From the NCBI GenBank assembly GCA_963719085.1, contig CAVRAL010000001.1, forward strand, positions 768,001 to 832,000: a DNA stretch of 64,000 nt, given 5' to 3'. Shown in pieces: positions 60,801 through 64,000 of this stretch. A model generated the notes under the pieces. It did no database searches and was not told where the DNA came from. It saw only the letters and a program-made list of their open reading frames with translations. The position numbers were made by a program, and so were the translations under genes. Every line of letters starts with the position of its first letter. Positions within the stretch are counted from its first letter, which is position 1. This DNA comes from a candidate division FCPU426 bacterium (GTDB taxonomy: Bacteria > Oederibacteriota > Muellerivitia > Muellerivitales > Muellerivitaceae).

Positions 60801-61964
60801 TCATCTTTCCGCCAAGTATTTTTCCAGCCGGAGCGCACCTTCCTGAAAGACTTCGGGTTGGGAAAGTAAACTCAAGACCCAAAAGCGCCGGTCCGCGGGG
60901 AAGTCGTAAAACCCGCCTGGGTGCACCAGAACCCGTTTTTTTTCGAATAAATCCAAGGCCAGCTCCTCGTCGTTCGACTCTTCGTGAAATATCTCAATCA
61001 AAGCCACCCATCCGCCTGGGCTCGGCCAAAGCTTCGCTTTGGAGGTGCGGGACAGCGCTTGGCTCAAAAAATCACGGTTGGACAGGACTCGGCCCAGAAT
61101 ATTTTTTTGGATAACGGGCGCGAAAGAAAATAAATGGGGAAGGGTCGCTTGAACCGGCGTATTGACCGACAGATAAGTATCGGCGATCAACTCCAGCCGC
61201 TGCTTGCAGGAGGCCACGGACTTGGAAGGCCCCTGTAACAGCATCCAAGATAGCTTGAGCTGGGGCAGGCCCAAACTTTTTGAAAGGCCGCCCAATCGAA
61301 AAGAAAGAACATTTTCCGGAATCCAAGGCGCGGGCACCGGAGGTGCGTGAAAATAATCCCGAAAAACCTCGTCCGAGATGGCGATCCAATCGTTTTTTTG
61401 ACAAAGTTCCGTCATCATATTTTGATCCGATTGATTCAAAAAGGTTCCCGTGGGATTGTGCGGATTAATGGTAATGAAGCCCTTGGTATTGGGCTTGATT
61501 TGCCCGGACAAGGAGTCCCTGTCCAAAGGCCAATCCGCCTGGGGCTTTAAGGCGTAGGGAAGCATCTCCAGGCCTTCCAAGGCGCCCAAGTGGTCTAAGA
61601 GGGGATAGCCGGGCGTTGGAATGAGGAAGGCGTCTCCCGGATTCCCGAAAAGTTTAAAAAGATACGAGTAGGCTTCACTGGTGCTTGAGGTTAAAACAAT
61701 ATTTTCAGGCTCCGCCTTTTCGCCTTTCGAGTTTAAATAAGCGGCCACCGCCTCACGGGCTTGTGGGCTTCCGAAAGGATGGGGATCATAGGCGTAAGAG
61801 TCTTTCGCGTTGAGGCCTTCCAAAAGATCCTTGGGATAGTCAAACCCGCAAAGCGTGGGATTGGTTTGGGTCAAATCCCAAAATTTTTCCGTGGAAGATT
61901 TTTCAATCGCGTTGAAAATTTCATTATGGGATAAGTCATCCGGTGTCCGGTTTGAAAAGCGCAA
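60801..61964 (-). CDS. PLP-dependent aminotransferase class I/II
   Basis: NPHNPTG, SDEVF and GGLSKSLGLPQLK motifs. Confidence 0.92.
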   Translation of the reverse strand: MRFSNRTPDDLSHNEIFNAIEKSSTEKFWDLTQTNPTLCGFDYPKDLLEGLNAKDSYAYDPHPFGSPQAREAVAAYLNSKGEKAEPENIVLTSSTSEAYSYLFKLFGNPGDAFLIPTPGYPLLDHLGALEGLEMLPYALKPQADWPLDRDSLSGQIKPNTKGFITINPHNPTGTFLNQSDQNMMTELCQKNDWIAISDEVFRDYFHAPPVPAPWIPENVLSFRLGGLSKSLGLPQLKLSWMLLQGPSKSVASCKQRLELIADTYLSVNTPVQATLPHLFSFAPVIQKNILGRVLSNRDFLSQALSRTSKAKLWPSPGGWVALIEIFHEESNDEELALDLFEKKRVLVHPGGFYDFPADRRFWVLSLLSQPEVFQEGALRLEKYLAER

Positions 61965-61965
61965 G

Positions 61966-63027
61966 TTAGGCCCTCGGTTTTTGCATTTTACGGAATTGTT
62001 TTAACACCGCGTCCATTTCTGAAATCGGCGTTAAATTCAAGGCCTGGGTCCCCGGGCCCGCGCCAAAGGCCCTCCCATGGGCTTTGCGGGCACCCGTGGA
62101 AGCCAGCTTCACGTAGCTTTCACTGACCACAATGCTGGAATGGCCCATTAAATCCCGAATCTCATAGGCGGAAGCCCCGGATTCGGCTAATTGGGTTCCA
62201 AAGGAGTGGCGCAGGGCGTGGACGGTGATATCCTCGGCCATTTCCAATCCGGCCCAGGCGGCGGCCTGTTTCACCCAAGTCTCAATGTAATCCGGATGGA
62301 TGGGTTTGGCCGCGCTCCGCGGGCTTGAGAATAAATAATCGGAAGCCGGCAGGCCCGCCGCGTTTTTTTCCGCCAGGTACCTTTTTAATTGGGTCTGGAG
62401 CATTTTGGTCATGGGGATGGTTCGTTCTTTGTCGCCCTTGCCGATGACGGTGACTAAGCCTTGGTCCAGGTTGACGTCGCTCAATTTCACGCGAGAAATT
62501 TCGGAGACCCGCAGGCCGCAGTGGTAGCCCAAAAGGACCGTCAGGCTTATTTTGAGGTCGTTGAACTCCTGGACCCTTAACCCCTGGACGAGGCGGTCCC
62601 GGTCCTTGATCGCCAGCGGATGGGGGTTTCTTTGGGGGCTTCGGATGTTCAAGTTATGGAAGACGGCCGTGGGATCATTGGTGATGTACTGGATGGAGGC
62701 CAAATGCCGGTAAAAAGAGCGGGTGGCGGCCAAAATTCGTTTCATGGACCTGGTTGAGTAGGCCGCCCGCGGCTTGCCGCTGGGAGTCAAGCCGGGCTTG
62801 GTCAAGGACGCCGCGAAGCGGATCAAGTGCTCGGGTTTTACATTTTGAGGCCCCTCAATGCCCAAACCATCCAAAAACTGCTTCAGGATCCTTAAATCTT
62901 GATGATAGTTTTCCTGGGTGTGGGTTGACTTGCGCAGGGACAAAAAGTCGTCGTAGGGGCTGAGGAGGCGCAAATCTTGCGCGGGTTCGTTAGGATTGGC
63001 CGATGGATGGGATGGAGTCGGTTTCAT
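61966..63027 (-). CDS. Xer-type tyrosine recombinase
   Basis: N-terminal SAM-like domain; catalytic R (GLRVSE), K (GKGDKER), HALRH, MGH and Y. ATG 63027 preferred over TTG 63090. Confidence 0.93.
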   Translation of the reverse strand: MKPTPSHPSANPNEPAQDLRLLSPYDDFLSLRKSTHTQENYHQDLRILKQFLDGLGIEGPQNVKPEHLIRFAASLTKPGLTPSGKPRAAYSTRSMKRILAATRSFYRHLASIQYITNDPTAVFHNLNIRSPQRNPHPLAIKDRDRLVQGLRVQEFNDLKISLTVLLGYHCGLRVSEISRVKLSDVNLDQGLVTVIGKGDKERTIPMTKMLQTQLKRYLAEKNAAGLPASDYLFSSPRSAAKPIHPDYIETWVKQAAAWAGLEMAEDITVHALRHSFGTQLAESGASAYEIRDLMGHSSIVVSESYVKLASTGARKAHGRAFGAGPGTQALNLTPISEMDAVLKQFRKMQKPRA

Positions 63028-63055
63028 ATTTGGTATAACTGTAATTATACCGAAT
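63028..63055. other. dif-like recombination site (11-6-11)
   Basis: ATTTGGTATAA CTGTAA TTATACCGAAT; the arms are 10/11 inverted repeats with the inner ATAA-N6-TTAT typical of dif. Confidence 0.75.
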
Positions 63056-63071
63056 AACTTTCCGGGTTCAA
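63044..63071 (-). promoter_or_regulatory. Putative promoter of the recombinase gene, overlapping the dif-like site
   Basis: Minus strand TTGAAC (63071-63066), 16-nt spacer, TATAAT (63049-63044). Confidence 0.6.
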
Positions 63072-63090
63072 GCCTAAAATGAAAGCCCAA

Positions 63091-63858
63091 TTAAATCTGG
63101 TTGATCGCCCGCTGAAAACCATCGGGGTCTTCCAACGGGACCAAGTGCCCCGCGCCCTCAAAGATTTTCAATTCGCTATCGGGGATGGCCTGGGCCATGG
63201 TTTGAGATTCGCTATTCGGAAACATGGCGTCTTCTTGGCCGGCCCAGACATGAGCCTTCACTTTGATATTTGGCAGCCATGCGCTTTGATCCCGGCGGCT
63301 GGCCATGACCCTTTGGGCTAAAGCGACCCCTGGGGCCGGGGCTTCTTGGAGCCATTGGCCCAGCAGTGCGGCAGTTTGGGGTTTATTCCGCAAGGTCGTC
63401 TTGCCCAGTAAGCCCGGAACCATCCCTTCGGCTATGCCGGCCATTCCCTCTTTTTCCACTTGATCGGCCATCTGAAGCCGTTTGGACCGTCCCTCGGGCT
63501 TATCCACGCCGGCCCGGGTGGAGATCAAAAGGAGTTGTTCGATCCGATTAGGGAACAAGCGGGCAAATTCCATGGCCCAATAGCCGCCCATCGAGATTCC
63601 GCCAAGAGTAAAGGGCGTTTGAACGCCCAGGTCGATCAAATGCTGTTCCAGTGACTGGGATAAGAGGGTGAAATCAGGCACGTCTATTGGTCGGGGCAAA
63701 GGCGAAAGTCCAAACCCGGGAAAATCGGGAAAAATAAAACGGGTTCCCGCCCGGGGCTGGAGGGTCCGCCACATTTGATGGGAAAGGGGAAAAGCGTGCA
63801 AAAGAATGACAGGTTTCCCCTGTCCAACGGTCACTGACTTAACAAGCAGTTGAGCCAC
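63091..63858 (-). CDS. Alpha/beta hydrolase
   Basis: LLHAFP, PDFPGFG, GISMGG and GAGHL motifs. Confidence 0.92.
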   Translation of the reverse strand: MAQLLVKSVTVGQGKPVILLHAFPLSHQMWRTLQPRAGTRFIFPDFPGFGLSPLPRPIDVPDFTLLSQSLEQHLIDLGVQTPFTLGGISMGGYWAMEFARLFPNRIEQLLLISTRAGVDKPEGRSKRLQMADQVEKEGMAGIAEGMVPGLLGKTTLRNKPQTAALLGQWLQEAPAPGVALAQRVMASRRDQSAWLPNIKVKAHVWAGQEDAMFPNSESQTMAQAIPDSELKIFEGAGHLVPLEDPDGFQRAINQI

Positions 63859-63905
63859 CGTTGTTTCCTCGAAATTTTGACGGCAAAGGGCCTAAACGAG
63901 GCGGT

Positions 63906-64000
63906 TTAAGAGGCGTTAGGGGTTACGGTGCCCGTGGGAACTTCTTTAGGGTTAACCGCGTTTTTGACCTTATCCCAGAGGGTGGGCCCCGGGGTGGGCG
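63906..64000 (-). CDS. Partial (3' end) Pro/Thr-rich protein
   Basis: Open minus frame PTPGPTLWDKVKNAVNPKEVPTGTVTPNAS* running off the window edge. Confidence 0.45.
   Translation of the reverse strand, partial: PTPGPTLWDKVKNAVNPKEVPTGTVTPNAS

Noticed and set aside
59954..63027. Prophage or genomic island integrated at tRNA-Arg via the tyrosine recombinase
   Set aside because: I saw no duplicated tRNA 3' end. The neighbours are ordinary genes, and the protein is Xer-like with no arm-binding domain.
61966..63090. Integron integrase with attI/attC array
   Set aside because: It lacks the IntI-specific insertion, and no cassette array or attC-like repeats are nearby.

Overview
A 64-kb stretch of bacterial chromosome, almost entirely core genome and strongly + strand biased. 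The organism is a diderm, judged from the beta-barrel, ExbBD-TonB and TolB-like proteins. The combination of PorV-like, FlgD-Ig and Pro/Thr-linker proteins suggests a poorly characterised lineage, but I cannot assign taxonomy. Contents in order: purA, tRNA-Lys, a redoxin, a PAS-GGDEF-EAL protein, rnr-smpB, tRNA-Leu, an M16 peptidase, yggT, a PorV-like/FlgD/OmpA fusion, a sugar ABC importer, yqeK-LytR_C, argS, tadB/C, glyA and two TolB-like lipoproteins. These are followed by pheA-hisC-tyrA-aroA-cmk, five intervening genes, DAHP synthase-plsC-rpsA, a TPR/beta-barrel/ExbB/ExbD/TonB module, a degenerate FabD, der-plsY-gpsA-ihf-merR, two tRNA-Pro, acyP-sigma-apt-tRNA-Arg and a Xer-type recombinase. 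I found no CRISPR array, rRNA, IS or prophage. The strongest unexplained signal is a near-palindromic 28-bp dif-like site (ATTTGGTATAA-CTGTAA-TTATACCGAAT, 63028-63055). It abuts the likely start codon of the recombinase and overlaps its predicted promoter, making it a candidate single-recombinase, self-regulating Xer/dif system. All product calls come from motif recognition by eye, not database searches.
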